NCBI RefSeq assembly: GCF_009914755.1
Contig: NC_060936.1
DNA: 64,000 nucleotides
Origin: the human T2T-CHM13v2.0 reference genome, Homo sapiens
Reading direction: 5' to 3' (one strand)
The notes beneath the pieces are model-generated. The model was not told the origin of the DNA. It saw only the letters and a program-made list of their open reading frames with translations, and searched no databases. Shown piece after piece: positions 42,973 to 61,350 of this stretch (positions within the stretch are counted from its first letter, which is position 1; every line of letters begins with the position of its first letter). Both the position numbers and the translations under genes were made by a program.

Positions 42973-45683
42973 TTAATATACTTTATCTTAAAATATGATT
43001 CTTTCATACTTTATGCAAGATTTTTGTGGTAATATGCACACATATACACACATGTCACAAAATGAAAGATTCTTTCACAAAAGAAATGGCTATGGTACAA
43101 ATATCCATTAAGTATTCTACACTGTAAAATGGGAAGTCAATTTTTATGTAGAGTACATTTTACCAACTAAACCTTTGTGAAATAAGAATTACAGAGAGAA
43201 GTTCACTGTATACTATAGTGAAAAATATATAGTCATATTTAGTATAGTTACCATTTTGAAAATGCTTTGACTTTTTTGAAGCACTTGAGCAACAAATGAC
43301 TCTTAAAATCTTATACAACAAACAATATTATCCCCTACATTTTTGCTTCTACATTTGCACTTCTCAATAATATTTAATATTCTGCACCGTTTTGAAGATT
43401 TTTACCTGTAGCCCAAAAAGCCACTTTTTTGAATTTATAACACTTTAAAATAAAATGCATAAAACACTATTTTCAACAAGTTTATATGATAGGTATTACA
43501 TATGAATTATATTGAGATCTATGCAAATATATTGGAATAATTATTTCCACTATATATTTATATGTACTATTATTTTTTTAAGTTTTGTAATAAAATGGAA
43601 AATGTTCTTCCTTTGTTATGGCAATGTTATTTTATAGATGTAACTATATGTTTACAAAGCAAAAAAAGGTGAGCTATGGTAAAAACTTGTTTTATATAAC
43701 ATTTGAAGTTTTGATAACAATAGATTTCAAATAAAAACCAAGAATATACTTTATTTAATGTCTTGAAGAATTTGTAGTACTTTTAGTTTTATTTTAGAGA
43801 CAGATTTTGTTACTAGTTTTACTAAGAACAATGTGTTCTCAATGAAGAGGCTCCCCGTATTAAAACTGTTCCCTAGGAATATTTTAGAATATTTTAGAAA
43901 ATTAAATTTTACTTATATGCCATTAAGGTACAGATATAGCCTCACATTTAAAAATTTCAAATACGTGAAAATCTTCTGTATAAATTTAGAATATTAAATA
44001 TAACTGAATACAAAGGTTAATCATTCACTGTACTTATCTTTTAAAAGGATGATTCAGCTGACAGAGTTCCTTTTTTTAAAAAAAAATAAAATTTTAATTT
44101 ATACAAACTTTTAAAAAATAGGCCTGTTAAGAAATGGGAAGTACACCTGAATCAATAATAAATTAAATTACTGTTTTAAGCACTTAATCATATCCCAGAG
44201 GCCTGAAACTACTAATGCTGTTTTCACAAAAATCTAATATATTCTAAAGAGAGTAGTTTCTTCACTATGAATCTCAAATTCATTTTGTGTAATTATCCCA
44301 TTGATATTTGACAGTGTGTTTGGAGATATATTTATATTTGAATGTCTTTCTCTTTTATTCATTATGAGCCTTTTGAAGGTAAAATATATACCTTCTTTAT
44401 GTTGTGGAAGATAAGATTGATCTCTACGGCATTATTGAATTGTTGATAATAATGTTAAACACACCCACCTATATACCTCCAAGAATGATTTGGCGATTAA
44501 TGAGGTATATTTAAATCATTTGAGATTCAGAAACATAAGACTTCATACTATTATTTTTTTAATCCAGGCATTCTAATGTAGCCTCATAAGCATTTTACGA
44601 GATTTATTGGCCAAGAAAATTGCCTGAGTAAAATATAAAGAGTATTTCAATATTTCGAATATTGAGCATACTCAGAAACTTTCTTTGAGTCTAGGTTCAC
44701 TAAAGTAATAGACGCACGGAGATAATTATATTGTAGGAAGCCCTCATTTTAGAGATGAAGAAACAAAACAAAAAAGGAAAGTGTCTTACTCAAGGTTGAT
44801 AGCAAGTTTCTCAGTTATTCCTCCCCCTTCCATAAGATCAAGCAGGCAGACTCCTCTGCTTTTTACATTTTCCTCAATTGACAAGGTCTATTCACTGTTG
44901 AAAAGCTCTTACATTAAAACAATCTTTGCAATTCCTTTTTATTTGTCACTCAATTGATTGCCTTTAATTAACCCACTGCCTTATCAGAGAGAGGTGTGAA
45001 AATTGCTCTTTGCTCTTCTCAGCTTCTGTCAGGTTACTGAGCAGCGTCCTGTCTGGTTGGCACTGCAGTGCAAACTGAAAATGCCCATCACTAAAATTTC
45101 TCTTACGTGCTGAACTAAAACCTCAAACAGCTGACAGCATTTTGCCTCTCTAAGGTCTCCCATCTCAGAGTTTCGTTATTTAACTCTATTTTTGCTTGGT
45201 GTGAACTTGTTCTTCATCCAGACTAAATGGTGGTCTTGAAAGAAGGGGTCTACATCCAATGGAAAGTGTGACAAAATTCACTAAGTTATTGGAATAAAAG
45301 TTATAATTCTATTTATATTTATTAAAATTTAGAAAGAAACAAGATTTTACTAATGTTTTGTAAATGGATTGACCCTTACATCTACATTAATCCATGTATG
45401 AGGTAGTCAGTTTTTATTCACAATTTAGAAAATACAGAGGCAAGAATAGGATTTGAACAAAAGGGATGAAAAATTGCATTCTCGTTCATATGTAGCTTTC
45501 AGCATATTGCAAGTTAACCATTTAGGTGAATATGATTTATCCTAGTGGAGTATTTAAAATATTTAATACTGAAGTAGGGAGTGAGCAAGAAAATTGTTTA
45601 TTTTTTGTTGACTGGTTGTTTGTTTTGCTGGTCAGAGACTTATTGTTTATCTCATGTGTAAGTACTTAAAAAGATATAGTCTA

Positions 45684-45973
45684 TTTATTTATTTATTTAT
45701 TTTTGAGATGGAGTCTTGCTCTGTCACACAGTTGGAGTGCAGTGGCACAATCTCTGCTCCTGCAACCGCTGCCTCCTTGGTTCAAGAGATTCTCTTGCCT
45801 CAGCCTCCCGAGTAGCTGGGTTACAGATGCGCGCTATCATGCCCAGATAATTTTTAGTAGAGATGGGGTTTTACCATATTGGCCAGGCTGGTCTTGAACT
45901 CCTGACCTCATGATTCACCTGCTGTGGCCTCCCAAAGTGCTAGGATTACAGGCATGAGCCACCACGCCCTGCC
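45684..45973 (-). mobile_element. AluS with (TTTA)n tail, 16-bp TSD
   Basis: TSD aaaaagatatagtcta at 45668-45683 and 45974-45989. Confidence 0.94.
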
Positions 45974-46165
45974 AAAAAGATATAGTCTAAAATCAACACG
46001 AGTTCCATCAACTTCTGTGCCCAGGGAGATGCAGCATGTACTCATTTTTCTATTCCTTCCACAAAGTATAACTAAAACTGTGGACATTATATTTAAAAAA
46101 GAAAAGAAAAGAGGTGTCTGAAAAGTTAAAAGAAGAAAGACTAGCTAGGGACATCAGGACTCAGA

Positions 46166-51360
<5,195 letters not shown>

Positions 51361-51798
51361 TGTGATGGTTAATACTGTGTGTCAACTTGATTGGGTTGAA
51401 GAATGCAAAACATTGATCCTGGATGTGTCTGTGAGAGTGTTGCCAAAGGAGGTTAACATTTGAGTCAGTAGGCTGGGGAAGGAAGACCTACGCATAACCT
51501 GGGTAGGCACCATCTTATCAGCTGCCAGTGTACGTAAAGCAGGCAGAAAAATGTGAAAAGACAACACTGGCTTAGCCTCTCAGCCTACATCTTTCTCCTG
51601 TGCTGGATGCTTCCTGCCCTCGAACATCTGACTTGAAGTTCTTTAGGTTTGAGACTTGGACTGGCTTCCCTGCTCCTCAGCTTGTGGACGGCCTATTGTG
51701 GGACCTTGTGACTGTGTGAATTAATACTACTTAATAAACTCTCCTTTATAAAATCTATCCTATTAGCTCTGTACTTCTAGAGAATCCTAACAAATACA
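51361..51798 (+). mobile_element. MLT2A (A1-like) 3' LTR of the HERV-L
   Basis: tgtgatggttaatactg...cttaataaactc...ctagagaatcctaacaaataca, ~440 bp, TG..CA. Confidence 0.92.
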
Positions 51799-52860
51799 GG
51801 GGTAAAAAGCCCAGAGACAAGAAAAAGGGCAGTCTAGCAAGACGGAATACTTTTAGACAATAACTCCTCTAATCCACGCAAATACCACAGAGAAAACAGT
51901 GTCCAGCTCTCACTCACACCAGCAATGGTCAAGCAGTGAGCTCAGGCTTTCACACTTGTTAGGCTGTTGTATGGCACCAGGGTGGTAGCAGGGAAGACCA
52001 AGTGGGAGCCTGAGACATTTTTCCCAGCTGGGGGGTAATGAAGACACCCACTACTTTCTCTTTTACCTCTACTGTGTTGGTGGAGACTGCTGAGGAGCCA
52101 GGACAACAAATACACTCAGAGGTAACTGAAGTGGTACCTTATAGACAAAATAAAGATTAAGTACTTTCACCACCATCCAATAGTAAAGAGGCCACTCTCC
52201 ATCTGGCATCAGTGGAGGTCACATAAGTAAGGAGGCACTTTTACCTCTCCCAGCCATGGTGGTGCCAGCAGAGTTCCACAGAGGAGCTGCAACTCTCTCA
52301 TCACTACCAAGCAGGAACAAGGAGCCCCTCATCACCTGATCTCAGTGGAGGTCAAGTGGGGAAACAGGACTTCTGCCACCACCTGGAAATCACAAGACAC
52401 CTCCAACACTGGAGTGTTGTCAGAGACAGTTTTAAAGAAGACCCATATTCATATCACATAATACTCAAAATGTCCATGTTTCAATCAAAAGTCTCACTTC
52501 ATTCCAAGCACCAGGAAAACCTCAGTTTGAATAAAAAATAGACAATCATCAAACTCCTACAATGAGATGACAGAGATAATTATTTGATGAATTTTTAAAA
52601 GCAATCATCTTAAAAATGTTTTCATGAGCTTTTACAAACATATTTGAAACAAATAAAAATTATAAAGTCTCAACAAAGAAATATAAAATATAAAGGATAG
52701 ACAAATGGACATTATCAAAGTAAAAAATACAATTATGGAAATAGGTAATTCAATGAATGGGCTAAACAGCAGAATAATAGAATGGGCAGAGAAGAGAGTC
52801 ACTGAACTTGAAAATAGAATAATGGAAATTATCCAATATGAACAACAGAAAGAAAATAGT
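51799..52860 (+). mobile_element. Old L1M 5'UTR and ORF1 start; probable upstream piece at ~46012-46164
   Basis: Repeated cagtggaggtc motifs, aaaatgtccatgtttcaatcaaaa, ORF1 coiled-coil remnant KNTIMEIGNSMNGLNSRIIEWAEKRVTELENR. Confidence 0.75.
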
Positions 52861-52905
52861 ATTTCTCTTAATAGTATTTCCTTTCCTTTAGAAAATAGTA
52901 TTCTA

Positions 52906-53295
<390 letters not shown>

Positions 53296-53297
53296 TT

Positions 53298-53450
53298 AAT
53301 TTACATTATGAACCAGACACTGTTTTAAGCACTTGGACCCAGTGACAAATAAGACAAGCTACCTGCCCCCAAGAATCACAAACAGCAATCAAGTTTTTTC
53401 TAGAATTATGTAAGTTATGTAACAGAGCACAGAGGTTGAGAAGGGAGAGA
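53298..53450 (-). mobile_element. L2 3' remnant
   Basis: ccagacactgttttaagcacttggacccagtgacaaataagacaag. Confidence 0.6.
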
Positions 53451-55271
53451 GAGAAAGGAGTAGAGGAGGGGTTGCTGAGAAAGGGGAGAGAATATGGAGA
53501 GAATGGAGAATAAGGAGAGGGAACATTCTTCACACTTACATTGAAAATCAGGTCAGTACAGACTGTGGATCTGAGTAGAGGACAGCTAGGGCTTAAGGAG
53601 TTTGGGTGGCTTTCAGAACATCTAGTAGGAATTATATAGTAAGTACTATGCTTTGAGGCTAATTAAATATTTTGTTACTCATTAAACTTCCTCTCATGCC
53701 TAGAATTAATATCTTTTTCTGGTTCTGTAAGTGCAGAATTTTATAAATATACATGTTCTATTTTTATATATAATACAGTATACATGCATATATGTGAATA
53801 TATGTGTGTGTGTGTATGTGTAATTTCACTATCCTTCTGAAAGAAGAAAAGTTTCCCTCTTTCTTATTTATCTATTTGTTGTTTATTTATCTATTTGTTA
53901 TCTGTGTGGACTTGAGGATTCTGTGTGATCTGGCCAATTTTAACCAGCTGATAAAATTTATCACCAATAAGCAACAAACATAATATAACAAAAGAACAGA
54001 ATATCATTTATGTAGCATTCTAAACAAAAAAAACTGGCTCTATTTTGTTTCCAAAAAAGTCAAAGGTATGAAATATGAAGTAAGATTTAAAGGAATTATT
54101 CTAGGGAAAACAAAGAAGATTGAATAAAAATGAAAACTAAATGCAGTAATAATCCTGGATAGCCTGTGGAAGGAATACAAACCCAAGGAGGAGTAAAGCT
54201 TTCTGGCCTTGGAAATTAGAAACTTATGGTGGAAATTAAGGTTGTAAAGAACTGGAGAGAAAATCAGCAGCTGAAAAGAAGCCAGCAGAAAACTACCTAC
54301 CAAACAGGAAAACAAATCTGTTGCTTAAACTTTTCTATATTTCTATATTTCATAACAAATTTCAAATATTAAGAGTACTTTTCCCAGAGCATCTAAAAGT
54401 AGCCACTCTGTCATTCACTCTCATCTTCATAATTTAATTATCTACAAATCCCTTGACATGATATATATTTGTTTTTATCCTTTATATGATCAGAGAACTT
54501 TGGTTTACTTCTAGATCTTTAAGTTTTAATAGGGTGTTTAGCACAAAAAAAGGTCCTCTGTGTAAATAAATTACCCCTTTCTAGCAATGAGGTAAAGAGA
54601 ATTTGTTTCAAGTCTACTGCCCTCTCACATTTTCCTCTAGTCACTATTTGTTTCACCGAGAAACATTTTTTAGGGAGGACCAGTTATTCCACATATTTTC
54701 TATGTTTACATAGAGAACTGTATAGTAACAGTTCATGCCTCTTTCATCAAAACCTTACTCACTCACCCCCAGGGAAGAAGACTTCTCTGACTGGTAAATT
54801 TGTAAAAGAAAGTGAGCACACATGACTCAGCTACTCCTGGACTTCCTGGAAGGATCTGCCTCTCTCTAGATCGGATTAATGCTTACGTGATACTTCATGA
54901 TATAATATCAGCCATGTTTTCTAACTCTGCCAGTGACTCACTTATTTGCTGTGTCTCATTAGAGGTGTAGTAGCCCATATTGCTGTAGTAGCCCATATTG
55001 CCAAACAGTTATTAGCAATAGAGTTAAAAGATTCTGAACCACATACGCTTAATTCCTGTGTTTACGTCTCAGTTAGCTCTGGAGTCGAATGGGAAGAGAG
55101 AGGCTATTTATTTGATCCCTTAAAACCGTCACAACTAAAAATCTTAAGAAACCAACATTTGTAGATACTGCCTTTTTTTCCCCATAAAGATTGAAGATGT
55201 GACAGGTTATTCTTCCCTGCAGAAATATAGCCTTTTATTTCTCTTGCCATCAGGAAAATGCACAAGGATTG

Positions 55272-55631
55272 TATATTAGTCCATTTTCACGCTGCTGATA
55301 AAGACATACCAGGGACTAGGAAGAAAAATAGGTTTAATAGGCTCACAGTTCCACATGGCTGGGGAGGCCTCACAATCATGGTGGAAGACAAAAGGCACTT
55401 CTTACATGGTGGTGGCAAGAGAGAGTGAGAATGAGAGAGAAGGAAAAGCGGAAACCCCTCATAAAACCATCAGATCTCGTGAGACTTATTCACTACCATG
55501 AGAACAGTATGGGAGAAACCGCCCCCATGATTCAATTTTCTCCCACCAGCTCCCTTCCCACAACAGATGGGAATTATGGGAGTACAATTCGAGATGACAT
55601 TTGGGTGGGGACACAGAGCCAAATCATATCA
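55272..55631 (-). mobile_element. THE1B-like MaLR solo LTR, 5-bp TSD
   Basis: tatattagtccattttcacgctgctgataaagacatacc...gacacagagccaaatcatatca; TSD gattg. Confidence 0.94.
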
Positions 55632-55976
55632 GATTGCATCAGACAAAATTTAAAAGTGTATATACATCAGGAATATCTTAGGACTGAAAAGAAATCATAA
55701 AAATATAAACCCACTCACAGGGCACAACAGTCCCCAGTTTGTTAATTTCTTTTTGAGGGTATCTTTTCTCTAAGAAAATAAATTTAAAAATGAATGAAGA
55801 ACATTACCAATCTCAAATCATCCCCAGCTATAATGTCCTTATTTAGGCATTTGATCATGTATTTCCACTATTACACATAGCTCTTTCAAAAATACATGTT
55901 GAAAAATATTTAGAAGATATTTCAAAAATATTTAGAAATATTTATAACAATATTTGGAAGAAAACTATTTAAAAGA

Positions 55977-56760
55977 ACTAATTATCAGAGAAATGCAAAT
56001 TGAAACTACAATGAGATACCACCTTACTCCTGCAAGAATTGCCATAATTAAGTCAAAACATAATAGATGTCAGTGTGGATGTGGTGAAAAGGGAACACAT
56101 TTATACGTAGGTGGGAATGTAAACTAGTATTACTTTTGCACCAACCCAATACAACCATGTGGAAAACAGTATGGAGATTCCTTAAACAACTAAAAGGAGA
56201 ACTACTCTTTCATCCAGCAATCCCACTAATGGGTATCTGCCTAGAGGAAAAGAAGTCATTATATGAAGAAGACACATGCACACAAATGTTTACAGCAGCA
56301 CAATTAGCAACTGTCAAAATATGAAACCAACCTGAGTGCCCATCAACCAATGAGTGGATAAAGAAAATGTGGTATATATACACCATGGAATACAACTCAG
56401 CCATAAAAAGGAATGAAATAATGGCATTCACAGAAACCTGGATGGAGTTGCAGACCATTATTCTAAGTAAGGTAACTCAAGAATGGAAAACCAAATATGA
56501 TATGTTCTTACTTATATGTGGGGGCTAAGCTATGAGGATGCAAAGGCATATGAATAATGCAATGGATTTTGTGGTGAAAGGTTAGGAGGGGGCTGAGGAA
56601 TAAAGGACCAAATATTGGGTACAGTGTACACTGCTCGGGTAATAGTTGCAACAAAATCTCAGAAATCATGACTAAAGAACGAATCCATGTAACCGAAAAC
56701 CACCTATACCCCCAAAACTATTTAAATAAAATAAAAAAAATTTAAAAAAAAAAAAACAAG
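55977..56760 (+). mobile_element. L1PB-type 3' fragment
   Basis: ataccaccttactcctgcaagaat, MWKTVWRFLKQLK, gctatgaggatgcaaaggcat, gggtacagtgtacactgctcggg. Confidence 0.92.
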
Positions 56761-58684
56761 ACAAAAAAGCAATTTGGAGGGAAGGGATGTAAAAATATCA
56801 GACTTTCCTCAATGTTTCATGTCTCTGTTTCGCTCATATGGTCCAATCAATAAAATGAGAATTTTCTCTTTTCCTTCTTTTCTAAACCAGAGACTTTGCT
56901 AGTTTTTAAAAATTGTATGTAGAGTATATTAATAGTACTTTTGCCTTTTTAAACCAGTTGCTGAATGATAAGCAATAATGGAAGGAAACTATGAAAATCA
57001 CACTAGAGTGTCAATGAAAATCATCTACAGTTGATGGTATCTAAAAGCGATATGACACTTCTGAAATGGCCTTGTGACATCATCTCTGAATAGAGAAGTT
57101 GAATGAAATAAGTTTGCAAGCACATTCTGTAAGGTGAGAGCACTTTAAAAATAGTTTTAAAAAATTATATTACTGAAAAAGTAAGGAGGTAAAATATTTT
57201 GAGAGTCAATGTCCAGTACATGACATAGTGGTTATTGGTGGCTTATATCATACTACATTGTGATATCAAAACAAAGGAACAAAAAGTAAACTTAATTTTT
57301 TTAACATTTTTTAACCATCAAAACAGAATATCAGCAAATTTTTATAAACTCTCCCATTAAACAACGTTTAATCCTCATACTACAGATTATTTTTATATCC
57401 AATATTGCTAGGCAAATTTGTAATTTATCAGGTCAAAAAGTTTATAGTCTGCTCTGTATAAAACAACTTAGTTCTTCATGAATGCTTTTTGTGTCAGAAT
57501 TCTGTTAATGTACTTTTATATGTCATTTTTTATCATTAAAATACTTTTGCATTATTTTTGCAAAAAAAAAATTGTTTCTCAAATTGCTTTCTGAGTGTTA
57601 TTTCCAGTTCATGCTAATGTGCACAGCCTACGGAGGACAGGCAAAATGACAAGTGATGACGTTGCAGCTGCTAAAAGGGTACTTGTACTAAGAAAATATT
57701 TTTATCACATAATTATCCACTGAGCCAAATTACAAATACATACCATTTATACTTTAAAGTTTAAAGTTACTTTTCCATTAAAAGGAACACTATCATTTTA
57801 TGTTAATTATAATGAGAAGTAATGTGCCCATAAAAATTTGTATCTGATAAGAAAAATTTGTATCTGAATACAGAGATAGGAAGAGAGTTTAAAAGGGCAA
57901 CAAAATTGCTAAATTATTTACTTATAGGACTTCATAGTTAAGAAGATGAAAAAGAAGTAAAGAAAGAAAACAAGAAAATGGAGAAAACAAAATAATCTTA
58001 ATTTCTAAACTAATTAAACATGCATTTAAGCATGGCAAAATATAGCATTTGAAAGTAATTTATTAGTGTTTTGTGGGTTTCACCGAAAGTCTTTTCACTT
58101 TAGCTACAAAACAGAACATCACCACATTTCTCCAGTTATATGAGTTTCACCTTCCAATGTAATTTTGAAACATCTGAATTTTAGCTTTAAGCAATCTACT
58201 TGACTGTTTGATTGCACTTTTCATTATACTGTTCCAAGCCAAGACTTCTCACAAGTTGCAGAACATTCTAGTGGATTTCCTTCACAATTTATATGATTGA
58301 ATTTCAAGTATCGATTCAAAACTGATAGTTCCATATAATTGTTGCCAGGAATTTTGTGAAAGAGAGGTCAATTTTTAGGCCTATTTGCATGTCCACAACA
58401 ATAAGAAAAAAATGTAAGCACTGACTTCTTAAATTGTATGTTGTGTGACACTGCTTTTGACTATTGCACTGGTTAAGGGTGGGGTGACCTTATTGTACTG
58501 TTCATTGTCATGCACATTGTGGAGGTATCAATAGTACATCAGTCATGGCGTTTGTATTTTCAGATGGCACTTAATTAATTTCTTTGCTCACACATTTCAA
58601 TAGTTTCCACCTATTCCCTTAAACTATGGTTTTTAACAAACTGTCTATCTTCCTCATTAAGCATATTGACATGACAAAATTAGT

Positions 58685-59170
58685 ATAATGCACTGAGAAG
58701 AGCACAACATCATCTTTGTTGTATTCTTGCCACAAAGGCATGGCCTCATTCTAATTATCAGAAAATATTGTACAACCGCAAATTGAGGAACAAAATTAAC
58801 TGATCAAAAATAAAAAGAACTGATCAACACTCTTTAAAAGCATTAATCAAGTTCAGGAAAGACAAGGAACTCCCACATACTGAAGGAGAATAGTGATAAA
58901 TAACTAAAGGCAATGTGGGATTCTGGATAGGATCCTCAAATAGAAAAAGGGATATTTATGGAAAAATTGGTGAAATTTGATAAAGGTTTTCAGTTTAATT
59001 AATGATATTGTAGCAATGTTAATTTTCTGCTCTTGATAATTGCACTATGGTTGTAAAATTTGTCAGCAAAGAAGGAAATATGTTGAGGAATATAGGGGAA
59101 CTCGTGTACAATCACTGCAATTTCTCTGTAGGTTTATAATTAGCCCAGAATTTTTAAATGGTTTAATATC
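58685..59170 (+). mobile_element. L1MC-type 3'UTR remnant
   Basis: aactaaaggcaatgtgggattctggataggatcct; ttgataattgcactatggttgt. Confidence 0.75.
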
Positions 59171-60328
59171 ATAAAAAGTTTATTTTACTCTACAATAATC
59201 ATCAATGAATGATATAAAATGACACAGACCAGAATTTTTATTTTTAAAAATTCATAATATTGTAATACAAGAAAGTAAAATATAGCTAGAATTTCTGAAA
59301 TAAAGGTATTTTTTATACATATACAGCATATATAAATAATAAATTACAGCAGGAAGGTAAACTTATCTCTGGGAGTCAATGTGTGTGAGTAGACAGGCTT
59401 CCACCTGCCAATTTACCTTGTGCTCTGCAGCAGGAGCATTACCTATGCAGGCTAGTGACAGCGATTCGTTTTGCTTTGTTGTAATAGTGAGCTCTGTTGA
59501 CCCTAACCCCAGGTGCGTGGTTGTCTCAAGCTGACACAGGTGAAGGCTACGAGTTTCTTTAAAATAGAAATGGATACAGTTCACTGAACACAAATCTCTG
59601 CATTAGGCAAGTTATACAGCAGTCTCAGTCTGAATGGAGTTGCCAAAACCTCCAAGAACCAAAGAGGTGGCATGCTGCTGATGCCGCCAACTGAGAGGTT
59701 GAAGGTAGAGGTGCATAGCGATAAGTATCTCTTAGTTCCTTCCAGAATATCCTTTTACATTCTCACATGGATTTTTATTCCTTTCCAGAACTTCTCCAGA
59801 GACATGGGCTTTAGGTATGTCTGCCCAGGAGTGCCAGTTACCAGTAAGAGTTTCAGTTCATGTTTATTCTGCAAAACTGGGTGAAGAAAAGTTCATTTAT
59901 CAGAAATACTTTCTCCATAGAAGGTCTAAACTTTCGACCAGACTGAAGTCTATTCATGTAATCAACTGTCTTTAATATTCAATGTTCTTACTACAACAGC
60001 TGGGCAGGATTGTCTTTCCCTCCCTGAACATTTCTTCCCTCTTTGTCAGAAAACAAATGAATGTCCTCAGTATTATCAGAGTAAGTCCTTTATCTACCCA
60101 AGGGTGCCAGGATATTTTATCAAGTAAACAAATTAAAATATTTCACTTTCATTTGCCAACTGAATGATTCCCGCTCCTTTGTCCACCAATCCCCACCTCA
60201 CTTATTAATGTTCACTGAGCAATAAGGCACCACTTGATTTGTTGATTCTAGGACAATAATAAGTGAATAATAGAGCACCACTTGATTTGCTCATTTTAGG
60301 ACAATAACAATTCAAGATCATCTTAATC

Positions 60329-60456
60329 CAAAGGTTCCCAAATGTTACTGTACTTAGAACTACCTGGGGAATTTATAAAACCCCGATGTCTATGCTGCAC
60401 TGCATAACAACTAAATCAGAATATTTGGAGGTGAAAAACAGGCATCAATCATTTAG
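60329..60456. mobile_element. MER5-family fragment
   Basis: ggttcccaaa...tagaactacctggggaattt...ctaaatcagaatatttggaggtg. Confidence 0.65.
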
Positions 60457-60604
60457 AGCAACATTACAAACAAATAAAAATGTTCAAAATTTTTTTCTAT
60501 TAAACACTTATGAATTCTGAATAAAATGAAATAAATGCTGTTCAAAAGGTTTTGCTGAGCTTACAACAAATTAAGGCAAATCATTGGTTTTGAGGTGATC
60601 CACA

Positions 60605-61350
60605 AAACCAATAATCATATAAAAATGCTCAAACTCTTTAGTAATTAGGAAAATGCAAATTAAAGCAATAATAACCTGCAATTTTACACCCGTTACATTG
60701 GCAAAAATTTTTAAAAATAACAATAACTAATGGCAAGATATGGGGCAAAGGGAACTCTTATTCACTGCTGACAGATTTTAAATAGGCACAGCCCCTTTGG
60801 AGAGCAATTTTATACTCTCTAGTGAAGTGGAAGATGCACATATATTATAACTCAGCAATTACACTTCCCCTGTGGCCGTATGTGTCCAGGGAGAGGAGCA
60901 CAAGAATGTTCATTATAGCGTTGTTTGTAATATTGAAAAATTGAAGGCTGCTTGAATTTGCATTGAAGATGTTGTATTATTCACTCATAGAGCAAATTAT
61001 AGGCACTAAAATGAAGGAACAAGAGCTGCTTATATTAATGTGGATAATTATTGAAAATATTGTAAAAATAAATTTCAAAATGATCTTAAAATATATTATC
61101 TTTAATACAATGTTAATACATGCAACGTAAATTACATGCTGCTGGGAGGTAACTACATACAAGATAACGTGTTAAAATGTGCATAAGAATTTAAGTGCCA
61201 AGTTCAGGTTAAAGGTTACCTCTGAATAGAGACAATGGAGATGAGATATGGCCAGAATAAATTGGAGGCTTTGATTGTATTTTGTTTCTTTACTTTGTAG
61301 TAAATGTATCCAATGTGTACTATATTATTACGTTTTCTTGTGCCAAAAAT
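60605..61350 (+). mobile_element. L1ME3/4-type 3' remnant
   Basis: tagtaattaggaaaatgcaaattaaagcaa; ctttggagagcaatt; caagaatgttcattatagcgttgtttgtaat. Confidence 0.75.

Noticed and set aside
55350-55372. PRDM9 hotspot motif in THE1B
   Set aside because: The LTR strand reads cctccccagccat, which misses CCNCCNTNNCCNC at two positions.
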